DNA of 64,000 bases, taken from the NCBI GenBank assembly GCA_046754105.1, contig JBHHVD010000002.1, positions 1 through 64,000 of the forward strand, written 5' to 3'. Positions within the stretch are counted from its first letter, which is position 1. Each line of letters opens with the position of its first letter. This DNA comes from Candidatus Krumholzibacteriia bacterium. Lineage in GTDB: Bacteria; Krumholzibacteriota; Krumholzibacteriia; WVZY01. This document shows, one piece after another, positions 9,723 through 18,799 of the stretch. Both the position numbers and the translations under genes were made by a program. Under the pieces are notes generated by a model, which saw only the letters and a list, made by a program, of their open reading frames with translations, was not told the origin of the DNA and ran no database searches.

Positions 9723-10052
9723 ATGTGTCCAGATAAGTTAACTCCCTTATCCGATGATGAGTGGGACGAGAAGGTCCGCCGAGGCGACCGGGCGGTCGTC
9801 GTCGATTTCTGGGCCCCGTGGTGTGAGCCGTGCACGCTGGTGGATCCCATCCTGGAGAAGCTGGCGGCGAAGTACGAGGGCAGCGTGGAGTTCCTCAAGA
9901 TGAATATCGACGAGGAAAAGGCGGTGCCGAGCAAGTACGCCGTGCGCAGCATTCCAACAATTCTATTCTTCAAACAGGGCAAGATCAGCAATCAGATCAT
10001 CGGCGTCGAAACCGAAGAGGCCATCGAGAAAGCGATCCAGGAGCTGCTCTAG
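9723..10052 (+). CDS. thioredoxin
   Basis: VVDFWAPWCEPC, VRSIPT cis-Pro motif. Confidence 0.88.
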   Translation: MCPDKLTPLSDDEWDEKVRRGDRAVVVDFWAPWCEPCTLVDPILEKLAAKYEGSVEFLKMNIDEEKAVPSKYAVRSIPTILFFKQGKISNQIIGVETEEAIEKAIQELL

Positions 10053-10085
10053 CCGGACGCTCCCGGGACCGCCGCGGAGGACCGT

Positions 10086-10310
10086 GTGAAAGACGGCGAA
10101 TGGCGAATCAATGCAAGGGGGCTCTCGAACCCCGGTCCCCGGCTGATGGTCGAGAGCGCCCTCGCGCGGGCGGGCGACCGGCCGCTGCGAGTGGTCGTCT
10201 CGGAGCCGGAGGCGGTGGATGACCTGAAGGCGTATTTCAAAGAGCTCGGGCGCGCGTGCGTCGTCGACCAGATCGGCGAAGAGTTTCACCTCCTGGTCGC
10301 GTCCCCCTGA
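10086..10310 (+). CDS. TusA/SirA-like protein lacking the canonical Cys
   Basis: INARGLSNPGP aligns with the TusA DxxGLxCPxP motif; 74 aa; RBS GGAGGA. Confidence 0.7.
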   Translation: MKDGEWRINARGLSNPGPRLMVESALARAGDRPLRVVVSEPEAVDDLKAYFKELGRACVVDQIGEEFHLLVASP

Positions 10311-10350
10311 AGCGAATAGCCGGATTCCCCTTTTATTCCATTCCATCACC

Positions 10351-12840
10351 ATGAGCAAGTATCCGTACAAGACGATCGAGAAGAAGTGGCAAGAACGCTG
10401 GGCGCGCAGAGGGCTCATGCACAATGACCTCTCGGAGAGGGACAAGAAATACTACTGTTTAATGATGTTCCCGTACCCGTCCGGAGAGCTGCACGTGGGA
10501 CACGGCCGCAATTACGTCATTGGGGACGCCCTCGCCCGCCTGAAAATGATGGAGGGGTATCGTGTGCTCGCCCCGATGGGATGGGACGCGTTCGGCCTGC
10601 CGGCGGAAAACGCCGCGCTCAAGGAAGACGTCCACCCCGCCGTCTGGACCCGCGAGAACATCCAGCGCATGAAGGACCAGTTTTACCGCTGGGGCGTGGT
10701 GTACGACTGGCCGCGCGAGATCGCCTCGTGCGAGCCGGAATACTACCGGTGGACCCAGTGGTTGTTCGTCCAGCTCTACAAGAACCGCCTGGCGTACCGC
10801 AAGGCGGCCTCGGTCAACTGGTGCCCGTCGTGCCGCACGGTCCTGGCCAACGAGCAGGTCGTGGCCGGCGCCTGCGAACGCTGCGGGACGGAAATCGAAG
10901 ACCGCTTTCTCGAACAATGGTTTTTCAAGATCACGGACTTTGCCGATTCGCTGCTGGACGACCTGGAGACACTCGAATCATGGCCCGAGCGCGTGGTGCA
11001 GATGCAACGCAACTGGATCGATCGCAGTGAGGGCACCGACATCGTGTTCGCGATAAAGGACAGCGAGCGGCGTGTCACGTGCTTCAGCACGCGGCCGGAC
11101 ACGATCTTCGGGGCCACGTTTCTCGTGTTGTCGACGGAGCATCCTCTAGTCGCGGAGTTGATCGCGGGAGGCGAGAGGGAAGCGGAGGTCAGCGCTTTCA
11201 TAGACAAGGAACGCGCCCGCAAGAGGACCGGCGACGCGAGAACCGAGCCGGGAAAGGAGGGTGCATTTACCGGCCGCTACGCGTTGAACCCGATGAACGG
11301 CGAAGAAATGCCGATTTACGTCGCCCCGTACGTGCTTATGGAGTACGGGACCGGTTCGATCATGGGCGTGCCGGCGCACGATCAGCGGGACTTCGAGTTC
11401 GCCCGCGCCTACGACTTGCCGATCCCGGAGGTGGTGCGGCCGCGTGACGGGCGCTCGTGCCTCCCCGAGGCGGCCTACGAAGGCAAGGGCACCCTGGTAA
11501 ACAGCGGCGAGTACGACGGCGAGAGCAGCGACTCGGCGTTCGAGAAGATCAGCGCCCGGCTCGAGAAGCAATCGGCAGGGAAGCGCAAGGTCAACTACCG
11601 CCTGCGCGACTGGCTCGTGTCTCGCCAACGGTACTGGGGGGCGCCGATCCCCATGGTCCATTGCGGGGCCTGCGGGACGGTGCCGGTGCCCGAGGAGGAC
11701 CTGCCGGTCCTGCTGCCCGGCGACGTGGACTTTCGGCCTCGCGGCGACGGCAAGAGCCCACTCGCGACGAGTGAGAGTTTTGTAGAGGTGAATTGCCCCG
11801 AATGCGGCGCCCGGGCCCGGCGCGACACGGACACCATGGATACGTTCGTCGATTCGAGCTGGTATTTCCTGCGGTACTTGAGCCCCCGAGACGGCGCGCG
11901 CGCGTTCGACTCCGGCCTGGTCGATTCGTGGCTGCCCGTCGACCAGTATATCGGCGGTGTCGAGCACGCCATCCTGCACCTGCTCTATGCGCGTTTCGTC
12001 ACCAAGTTCCTGAACCGTATCGGGCTGGTGTCGTTCAAGGAGCCCTTCGGGCGCCTTTTCACGCAGGGCATGATTTGCAAGGACGGCGCGAAGATGTCGA
12101 AGAGCAAAGGCAACGTGGTCAGCCCGGATCCTATCATCGACAACTTCGGGGCCGACGCCATGCGTCTCTACATCCTCTTCGCCGGACCACCGGAAAGGGA
12201 TACCGAGTGGCGCGACGACAGCATCGAAGGCTGCAGCCGCTTCATAAACCGCGTCTACCGCTTGTACGATTCGCGCAGCGAGAGCGTTAATGCGTCGCTT
12301 AACATGCAGGTCGACGCCGAAGCACTCGACGACGCCGAACGCGCGCTGCTGCGCAAGACCCACTGGGCGGTACTCAAGGTACGCAAGGACCTCGAAGACA
12401 CCTTTCATTTCAACACGGCCATAAGCGCCACCATGGAGTTGGCAAACGAAATGAGCGCTTTTCGGCCCGGCGAAACCCTCGAGGCCGGATCGAGCGCCGC
12501 AGCCGTCTACGCCTTCGCCATGGACGCGCTCGTGCGTCTGCTCGCTCCGATGACGCCGCACGTGTGCGAGGACCTGTGGGAGCGCATGGGCCACGCGGAA
12601 AGTATCTTCCACACCGCGATGCCGCAGGCGGACGAGGCATTCGCCCGGGCCGAGACCATCACGCTGGTGATCCAGATCAACAGCAAAATACGCGCGCGTG
12701 AAGAGATCGCCGCCGGCACGCCGGACGACGACCTGCGCAAGATCGCACTGGCGCACCCGCGCATTCAGGAGCTTCTGGCGGGCAAGCAGCCACGGAAAGT
12801 CCTCGTCATCCGCAACAAAATGGTGAACGTCATCGTCTAG
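10351..12840 (+). CDS. leuS: leucine--tRNA ligase
   Basis: MFPYPSG.LHVGH, GWDAFGLPAENAA, SRQRYWG, KMSKS. Confidence 0.98.
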   Translation: MSKYPYKTIEKKWQERWARRGLMHNDLSERDKKYYCLMMFPYPSGELHVGHGRNYVIGDALARLKMMEGYRVLAPMGWDAFGLPAENAALKEDVHPAVWTRENIQRMKDQFYRWGVVYDWPREIASCEPEYYRWTQWLFVQLYKNRLAYRKAASVNWCPSCRTVLANEQVVAGACERCGTEIEDRFLEQWFFKITDFADSLLDDLETLESWPERVVQMQRNWIDRSEGTDIVFAIKDSERRVTCFSTRPDTIFGATFLVLSTEHPLVAELIAGGEREAEVSAFIDKERARKRTGDARTEPGKEGAFTGRYALNPMNGEEMPIYVAPYVLMEYGTGSIMGVPAHDQRDFEFARAYDLPIPEVVRPRDGRSCLPEAAYEGKGTLVNSGEYDGESSDSAFEKISARLEKQSAGKRKVNYRLRDWLVSRQRYWGAPIPMVHCGACGTVPVPEEDLPVLLPGDVDFRPRGDGKSPLATSESFVEVNCPECGARARRDTDTMDTFVDSSWYFLRYLSPRDGARAFDSGLVDSWLPVDQYIGGVEHAILHLLYARFVTKFLNRIGLVSFKEPFGRLFTQGMICKDGAKMSKSKGNVVSPDPIIDNFGADAMRLYILFAGPPERDTEWRDDSIEGCSRFINRVYRLYDSRSESVNASLNMQVDAEALDDAERALLRKTHWAVLKVRKDLEDTFHFNTAISATMELANEMSAFRPGETLEAGSSAAAVYAFAMDALVRLLAPMTPHVCEDLWERMGHAESIFHTAMPQADEAFARAETITLVIQINSKIRAREEIAAGTPDDDLRKIALAHPRIQELLAGKQPRKVLVIRNKMVNVIV

Positions 12841-12921
12841 TGCCGCGGGGGAGATTTGGCGGCGGTGGTGGAGGTGCGGCCATTAGTTAACATAATATAT
12901 CTTATACGACACCCGTGGAGA

Positions 12922-13305
12922 CTAGATGAGGGGTACGCGGTCGCTGTAGTGTCCAAAGATCGGCATGATCCAGCGCTCCCCGAAGAGCGCCTTTACAAAA
13001 CCCATCACGGAGAAGAACAACGCGCCGACGTAGACGACGATCTGGAGGACGATAATGATCAACAGGCCGAGAAACGGCAGCCGGCCCACGGTGCGGTCGA
13101 GAATGAGGATGGCCAGAAAACTGGCACATTCGGCAAGAAACAGCAGAAATGCCTGGCGGGCGTGGTAGCGGATGAACGTGCTTTCCCTTCCCTTCCACAA
13201 CGCAAAAAAGCAGAAGAAGAAGAGGTACCCCCCCGCCGCGTACCACCGCTCGTGGTCGGCGAGGACGACCTTGTCGGGCCGGGTGGATTTCTCGTGTGGC
13301 GACAT
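12922..13305 (-). CDS. DUF4870-like small membrane protein
   Basis: FIRYHARQA motif, three hydrophobic segments, ...MPIFG. Confidence 0.7.
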   Translation of the reverse strand: MSPHEKSTRPDKVVLADHERWYAAGGYLFFFCFFALWKGRESTFIRYHARQAFLLFLAECASFLAILILDRTVGRLPFLGLLIIIVLQIVVYVGALFFSVMGFVKALFGERWIMPIFGHYSDRVPLI

Positions 13306-13380
13306 GACTCGTTTGGCGCATCAGAGCAACCCGGCAACGGCCGTCTCGATGCCGGTCGCACAGGTCTAGCCGTTTCGTTA

Positions 13381-14049
13381 CTATCTGAGGATGGCCAGCT
13401 TTACGGCCGCCCGGCTCTTGAGCGGGCCCGTGGCGACTTCCGAGACCTTGTCGTAGAATCCCACCGCCTTCTGAACGTCGCCCGTTTCCTCCCAGAACAC
13501 GCCGGCCCGGAACAACACGTCCGGGTAGCGGGTGTCCTTCGGATCCATCGTCTCAGCCAGTTCGCTCATCTGCACGGCGGCCGTTTCGAACTGGGTCAAT
13601 CCCTCGTAGGCACAAGCCCTGCCGATCCTGGCGGCGACCCGGAAGGTGTGGGAATCTCTCGAGCGGTCCAGATAGCGGTCGTACGCGTCCACCGCATCCT
13701 GGTACCGGTAGAGCGACAAGTAGCACTCCCCTAGAAAATACAACGAGGTCGTGCCCGCGTCCTGTCCCGGGTGCCGGTCGGCGATGTTGAGGAACGTCGT
13801 GCTCGCCGCCTCGTAGTCTCGTAGCAGGAATTGGTCCATCGCGACGGCCAGCTGCTGCGTCGCCTCGGTCGTCTTCGTCCGCCGCGCCTGGGCCATGAAG
13901 AGCGTGATGCCGATCGCCGCCACCAGGACGACGACCCCCGTGATCACCTGGGTGAAATGCGCCTGTACGAAGGTCGACGTCCTCAGCGCCATCGTGACGA
14001 GCCGATCTTGCTTGATGTCTTTTTTCCTGAGTCGTTTCTTGGCAACCAT
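13381..14049 (-). CDS. TPR protein with N-terminal TM (YfgM-like)
   Basis: KKDIKQD N-terminus, single TM, TPR repeats. Confidence 0.8.
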   Translation of the reverse strand: MVAKKRLRKKDIKQDRLVTMALRTSTFVQAHFTQVITGVVVLVAAIGITLFMAQARRTKTTEATQQLAVAMDQFLLRDYEAASTTFLNIADRHPGQDAGTTSLYFLGECYLSLYRYQDAVDAYDRYLDRSRDSHTFRVAARIGRACAYEGLTQFETAAVQMSELAETMDPKDTRYPDVLFRAGVFWEETGDVQKAVGFYDKVSEVATGPLKSRAAVKLAILR

Positions 14050-14249
14050 CCAGTACTAAACCCCCTAAAAATTGTAACTTACGCATTAATACCGAAGAAT
14101 ATCAAACAGACCGCTTTCAGGCAACCCTTTTGTCCCACCCCGGGTCAAGAAACGTATTGACACAGGCTCAGTTAGGCCATCACCCTCGATGCACGTGTCG
14201 TGCCGCGTTGCCCCGTCGCCGCTACCGGAACAGGAAGGCGGAGGTGTCC

Positions 14250-16745
14250 ATGGAACCGCTCCACGTCCGGAATTTCAGGATCCCAGTGTTCGTCTTCGTC
14301 GGCTGGATCCTGCTGCTCGAGTTCCCCGGCTCGAGCGACCTCGTCCGCTCTCCCTACTCGGGTCTGGAGACCGAGAACCTCGTCGTCCAGAACGTGCGGG
14401 CGGCGGGCCCCAACGCCGGAGCGGATATACGGCGCGGCGACGTTATTGTCGCCGTCGACGGGCGCCCCGTACGCAACTACAACCACCTCCGGCACCTGAT
14501 CCGGCAAAATACCACGCACGCGCCGCAAGCCTACGCGTTCGATCGTGACGGAAAACCGGTGACCGTCCGCGTCAACTACGTTCAGATCCCGGCCTCCATC
14601 GTCTACCGACGGTTTGCGTCGCTGGTCGTCGGGTTCACGTTTCTCCTCATGGGGCTCTTCGTCCTGCTGCGCCGCTTCGACTCGGTCGGTATTCTCTTTT
14701 CGCTCAACTGTGCCATCTTTGCGTACTTTCTCAGCGATCATCCCGTCGCGCCTTCGGCGTTCCTGCAGATCGCCACCGAGCTGTTTCAAGACGCCGTGAT
14801 GCTGGCCTTTCCCGCAGTCTTTCTGCACTTTTTTCTCGTATTTCACGACCGGCCGCGGGGAATCAGCCGGCGAACCCGCGTGCGGCGCGCCGTCGCCCTC
14901 TACACCCTGCCCGTCGTGCTCTACGCCGTCAGCGCGTACTTTGCGATACGCTCGTTCCTCTTGATTTCGCCGCCGTCGGCGGCGGTCGACCTCATCCTCA
15001 CCGCCTCGACGCTCTATATGTCGGCGTACCTGATCGCGTCGCTCTTTGTATTCATCCGAAACTACCGTTCCTCTTCCCGGGCCCAGAAACAGAAGCTGCG
15101 GATCGCCATCGCCGGCACCACTATCGGCATCCTGCCGTTTCTGGCCACGACCGTGTGGCGGCAAATTGCAACCGGCAGCAACACGCCCCTGGAGTTCATA
15201 TCCGTACTCGCCCTGTCTTTCATTTCGATCTCGTTCGCTTACGCCATCCTCAAGCACGGGGCCATCGAGCTCAACATCGTGCTGCGCCGAAGCCTTGGTT
15301 ACGCGTTCCTGGCGGGTACCATCGTAGTGACGTACTACGGCGTGGTCAACCTGCTCGGTGACTTTTTGCAAAAGGAGTTCACACTGGGCTCGACCAGCTC
15401 GACGGTTTTCTCCATGATTACCATCCTCATCATTGCGCTGATCTTCGCCCCCGCGAGGAATATCATCCAGCGCGTGGTCGACAGGCTCTTCCGCAAGGAT
15501 GACTACGACTACAAGCACGAGGTGCTCGAGTTCGGCCGCCGTCTGTCCAGAAAGTTGAAGAGAAAGGAGATCCGCGACTATTTCTGCGAGCGGGCCGGCA
15601 CGTTGCTCGGCGTGACTTTTATCGCCTACTACACGCCGCGGACGGGTGGAGGCGAGTGGACGCTGGAACACACGTGCGGCGATGCGCCCGACCTGCCACC
15701 GCTGTTCCCTATCGACTCGCTTCTCGGCCGCTATTTCAGCCGCTACAAGAAACCCCTCATGGTGGAATACCTGGACTACTCCTGGGGCCGCCGCAACCTC
15801 GACGCCACCTCGACCGGCTTTCTCGACTCCAGCCGCGCCGCGGTGTGCGTTCCGGTGATGACCAGCGACAGCACGATCGCCGCGGTGGTTCTGGGGGCCA
15901 AGAGCTCGGGCCGGCTGTACACGCGGACCGATTCCCTCTTGCTGGAACGTTTTGCCGCGCAGCTCGCACTCGTGCTGGAAAACGCCGAACTGCACGAAGC
16001 AACGATCGAGCAGGAACGGTTGAAGAACGAGCTCATGCTCGCCCGAGAGATCCAGTTGAGCCTTTTGCCCAAGGACTCGCCGCACCATCCGGCGATCGAG
16101 ATGGAGGGCCGCATGGCGAGCTCGGACGAGGTCGGCGGCGACTACTTCGACTATTTCGAGCTGGAAAGCGACCGGATCGGAGTTTGCATCGGCGACGTCA
16201 ACGGGCACGGCGTGCCGGCCGCCATGCTGATGTCGTCGATTCAGGCCGTCTTCAAAAACCTCGCGCTCAAGGACAGAATGAACCCCTCAGACCTGGTCTC
16301 GGAGCTCAACCACTACCTGTGCGGGAGCGCCAAGAACGACCAGTTCGCCACGTTCTTCTACGGAATCCTGGATCTGAGCGACTCGACCTTCACCTACGCC
16401 AACGCCGGCCACTGCCCCGCCCTTCTCCTCAAGCCCGCCTACGCCGACCGCCTAGGAGAGGGCGGTATGCCGCTCGGGGTCAACCGGGCACAGGTATATC
16501 GCGAGGGCACGGCCCGCGTCGAATCCGGGGATATGCTCTGCCTCTATACCGACGGTGTGACCGAGCAGACCGGTGAGAACGAACAGGAATTCGGAGAATC
16601 CGGTCTGATCGACTTTCTGAGGGCGAACAGAAACTTACCGCTTTCGCAACTCCAGGACACGCTTTTTGCCCGGGTTCTTGACTTTGGCCAAGGCGTGCAG
16701 CACGACGACGTTACGTGCATAATCGCCCACCATAACGCCGTTTAG
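14250..16745 (+). CDS. PDZ + multi-TM + GAF + SpoIIE/RsbU PP2C phosphatase receptor
   Basis: GGAGG RBS; PDZ (IRRGDVIVAVDG), many TM helices, GAF, VGGDYFD, GDVNGHG, NAGH, YTDGVTE, DDVT. Confidence 0.9.
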   Translation: MEPLHVRNFRIPVFVFVGWILLLEFPGSSDLVRSPYSGLETENLVVQNVRAAGPNAGADIRRGDVIVAVDGRPVRNYNHLRHLIRQNTTHAPQAYAFDRDGKPVTVRVNYVQIPASIVYRRFASLVVGFTFLLMGLFVLLRRFDSVGILFSLNCAIFAYFLSDHPVAPSAFLQIATELFQDAVMLAFPAVFLHFFLVFHDRPRGISRRTRVRRAVALYTLPVVLYAVSAYFAIRSFLLISPPSAAVDLILTASTLYMSAYLIASLFVFIRNYRSSSRAQKQKLRIAIAGTTIGILPFLATTVWRQIATGSNTPLEFISVLALSFISISFAYAILKHGAIELNIVLRRSLGYAFLAGTIVVTYYGVVNLLGDFLQKEFTLGSTSSTVFSMITILIIALIFAPARNIIQRVVDRLFRKDDYDYKHEVLEFGRRLSRKLKRKEIRDYFCERAGTLLGVTFIAYYTPRTGGGEWTLEHTCGDAPDLPPLFPIDSLLGRYFSRYKKPLMVEYLDYSWGRRNLDATSTGFLDSSRAAVCVPVMTSDSTIAAVVLGAKSSGRLYTRTDSLLLERFAAQLALVLENAELHEATIEQERLKNELMLAREIQLSLLPKDSPHHPAIEMEGRMASSDEVGGDYFDYFELESDRIGVCIGDVNGHGVPAAMLMSSIQAVFKNLALKDRMNPSDLVSELNHYLCGSAKNDQFATFFYGILDLSDSTFTYANAGHCPALLLKPAYADRLGEGGMPLGVNRAQVYREGTARVESGDMLCLYTDGVTEQTGENEQEFGESGLIDFLRANRNLPLSQLQDTLFARVLDFGQGVQHDDVTCIIAHHNAV

Positions 16746-16763
16746 ACCCTCCTGGGGCAGCTC

Positions 16764-16779
16764 TGGAACGCTTCTTGCG
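16764..16779 (+). promoter_or_regulatory. sigma-54 -24/-12 promoter
   Basis: TGGAACGCTTCTTGCG = GG-N10-GC, 70 nt upstream of a small ORF. Confidence 0.55.
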
Positions 16780-16849
16780 GCAGCCATAGATCGCAATCCA
16801 CACAACACCATGAGCAGGTAAGTCGAAACCCTACCAAGGGGGGTACGTT

Positions 16850-16897
16850 ATGCGTAAGATTTGCCTTATCGATCTACTCTGGTGGTTAAGAAGGTGA
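16850..16897 (+). CDS. 15-aa peptide MRKICLIDLLWWLRR
   Basis: RBS AAGGGGGG, upstream sigma-54 motif and downstream hairpin; too short for the ORF track. Confidence 0.5.
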   Translation: MRKICLIDLLWWLRR

Positions 16898-16903
16898 GCC
16901 ATT

Positions 16904-16952
16904 CGGTGTTCCCGTTTGCTCAGCATGTGGTTGCGCGCAACCGGGAACACCG
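16904..16952 (+). terminator. long hairpin after the small peptide ORF
   Basis: CGGTGTTCCCG/CGGGAACACCG perfect 11-bp stem, extendable; followed by a pyrimidine tract. Confidence 0.55.
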
Positions 16953-17162
16953 CCCTTCTCTCTCTCCCGATCCCCAGCGATCACGGGAACCTCCTTTAAG
17001 TTAGCCCCATATCCAATTACCACACAAAGCGTTACGACATCGACGTGGCCCCGGGAGCCGTACGGCGCGCCCCCACGGGGCGTCCAGAAACCACTTTAGG
17101 TGACCCGGTTAATACCCTGTCAACGGTCCATATGTCGTCGGGGCAATTTTTTCGTTTGCGGG

Positions 17163-17192
17163 TTGACAATTTTGAAGGGGTCCGTCTATACT
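17163..17192 (+). promoter_or_regulatory. sigma-70 promoter
   Basis: TTGACA-N18-TATACT. Confidence 0.75.
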
Positions 17193-17198
17193 AAGAGC

Positions 17199-17333
17199 AA
17201 CGAGAGTATCCCATTCCTTCGCGTGAGCCCTCTGCTCTCAAGCTAGATTGCTTAAGCGAAGCGGTTGCCGCATGGGCCTCTGACGGGCATTCGCAACACG
17301 GTTGGAAAGGGCTTCTGCTCTCGTTATTTTTTT
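17199..17333 (+). ncRNA. stand-alone structured ncRNA candidate (possibly 6S-like)
   Basis: Begins 6 nt after the -10 box; 5' AACGAGAGTA pairs with 3' TGCTCTCGTT, followed by T7; further nested helices; no credible ORF. Confidence 0.65.
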
Positions 17334-17391
17334 GTGCCCGCGTTTCTGGTGGCACCCGCCACCGCGAGTTTTCCACAAATGAATAGTCTTG

Positions 17392-18780
17392 TTATCGACC
17401 CATCCGTGCGGCGAGTCTTTCGCTGTGGCGGTGGGCGTTGTCGATGCAATCCACGACCGAAATCCCCGCCCGGTAATTTCCGGTGACAAAGAGGCCCGGC
17501 ACTCGCGTCTCGAGGTCCTCGATGGCCTGGACGATGCCACGGTGACCGAGGTTGTACTGCGGGATCGCCCGCGGCCATCGCTTGACAACGGTGATATCGG
17601 GTTGTGTGTCGATACCCATCAGGTCTTGGAGTTCGTCGCGGACGAGTGTAACGAGCTGGTCGTATGACAACGACGCGGCGTGGGGTGAACGGCCTCCACC
17701 CACGTACGTGGTGAGCGCGGCGCCCGCCCGCGGAGCCCTCCCGGCAAATACCGCCGAGTTCCACAGCGTTCCGAGGATTCCACGGCGTTCTTTTGCCGGC
17801 ACGAGAAAGCCGAACCCGTTGAGCCCGTTCGGCACCGGATCGCGGTGATACCCAAAGAAGACGACCGTCACCGGGGGGTACGGAACGCGTTTGAGCACAT
17901 CGTGGACCGGTGGGTCGAAATCGAGGTGGACGCCGTCGTAGGCGTACGCGGGGATGGTGAGAACGACGGCCCGGCACCGGAGCGTGCGTTCGCCTCCACG
18001 CGACTGCAGGTGGAGCGCGAAGTCTTCGCCTTCCTTGCGTACCGATCGCACCCGCGTGCCGGTTGCGATCGCCTCGTGCAAACGCCCGGCCAGGGCGTCG
18101 ATGAGGGTTTGCATGCCGCCCTTGAAAGAGAGCATTCCACCCCCGGCGGCCGGTCCCCCGTGACGCTGCCGCCGCTGCCGCCGACCCAACACCGCACCGC
18201 TGATGAGACTGCCGTAGCGCTGTTCCAGTTCGTAGAGTTTCGGAAAGGCCGCTCGCACGCTGAGGTCCTGGGCGACCCCCGCGTACACGCCCGCCACGAA
18301 GGGGTCGATGGCGTAGTCGAGCATCTCCTGCCCCAGGCGTCGTTTGACGAAGCCCGCAAGCGATTCATCGCGATCGGGGTCGCCGCGTTTGACAAAGGGC
18401 TCGAGCAGAACTCGAAGTTTGGAACGCAGCGAGAAGAGGTCCGTCCGTAGCGCCGAAACGGGGCCGAGTGGTAGTTGCCGGAGGCGACCGCCGCGAACGA
18501 TGTAACGCCGCTTCGCCCCGGGCCTGGCGTATTCCAGCGATTGCGAGATCCCGAGCTCGCCGAGCAGCTCATCCACCGCAGCCGTGGTCTTCAACGCGCT
18601 GGTGGGCCCGTGCTCGAAAAGAAATTCGTCGACGCGCTCCGAGTGGATGACGCCGCCGGGCTTGTCGTTCGCCTCGACCACCGCGGCGTCCACACCCCGT
18701 TGTCTCAGAAAGTGTGCGAGGCACAGACCCGTGATCCCGGCCCCGACGATGCCCACCTCGATACGGCCTGGAGCGTTCAT
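17392..18780 (-). CDS. hemG: protoporphyrinogen oxidase (FAD-dependent, HemY type)
   Basis: GAGITG Rossmann fold, FEHGP, GVYAG, GFGFLVP, AIPQY. Confidence 0.92.
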   Translation of the reverse strand: MNAPGRIEVGIVGAGITGLCLAHFLRQRGVDAAVVEANDKPGGVIHSERVDEFLFEHGPTSALKTTAAVDELLGELGISQSLEYARPGAKRRYIVRGGRLRQLPLGPVSALRTDLFSLRSKLRVLLEPFVKRGDPDRDESLAGFVKRRLGQEMLDYAIDPFVAGVYAGVAQDLSVRAAFPKLYELEQRYGSLISGAVLGRRQRRQRHGGPAAGGGMLSFKGGMQTLIDALAGRLHEAIATGTRVRSVRKEGEDFALHLQSRGGERTLRCRAVVLTIPAYAYDGVHLDFDPPVHDVLKRVPYPPVTVVFFGYHRDPVPNGLNGFGFLVPAKERRGILGTLWNSAVFAGRAPRAGAALTTYVGGGRSPHAASLSYDQLVTLVRDELQDLMGIDTQPDITVVKRWPRAIPQYNLGHRGIVQAIEDLETRVPGLFVTGNYRAGISVVDCIDNAHRHSERLAARMGR

Positions 18781-18799
18781 ACGTACGCGCCTCCGGCGG

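Noticed and set aside
6658..16208. Long antisense ORFs (e.g. 6658-8133, 11146-12756, 14172-16208)
   Set aside because: Shadow ORFs of real genes, expected from high-GC codon bias; no protein motifs.
16850..16952. Trp attenuator leader (tandem TGG TGG codons plus hairpin)
   Set aside because: No trp or other same-strand operon follows; the next feature has its own promoter.
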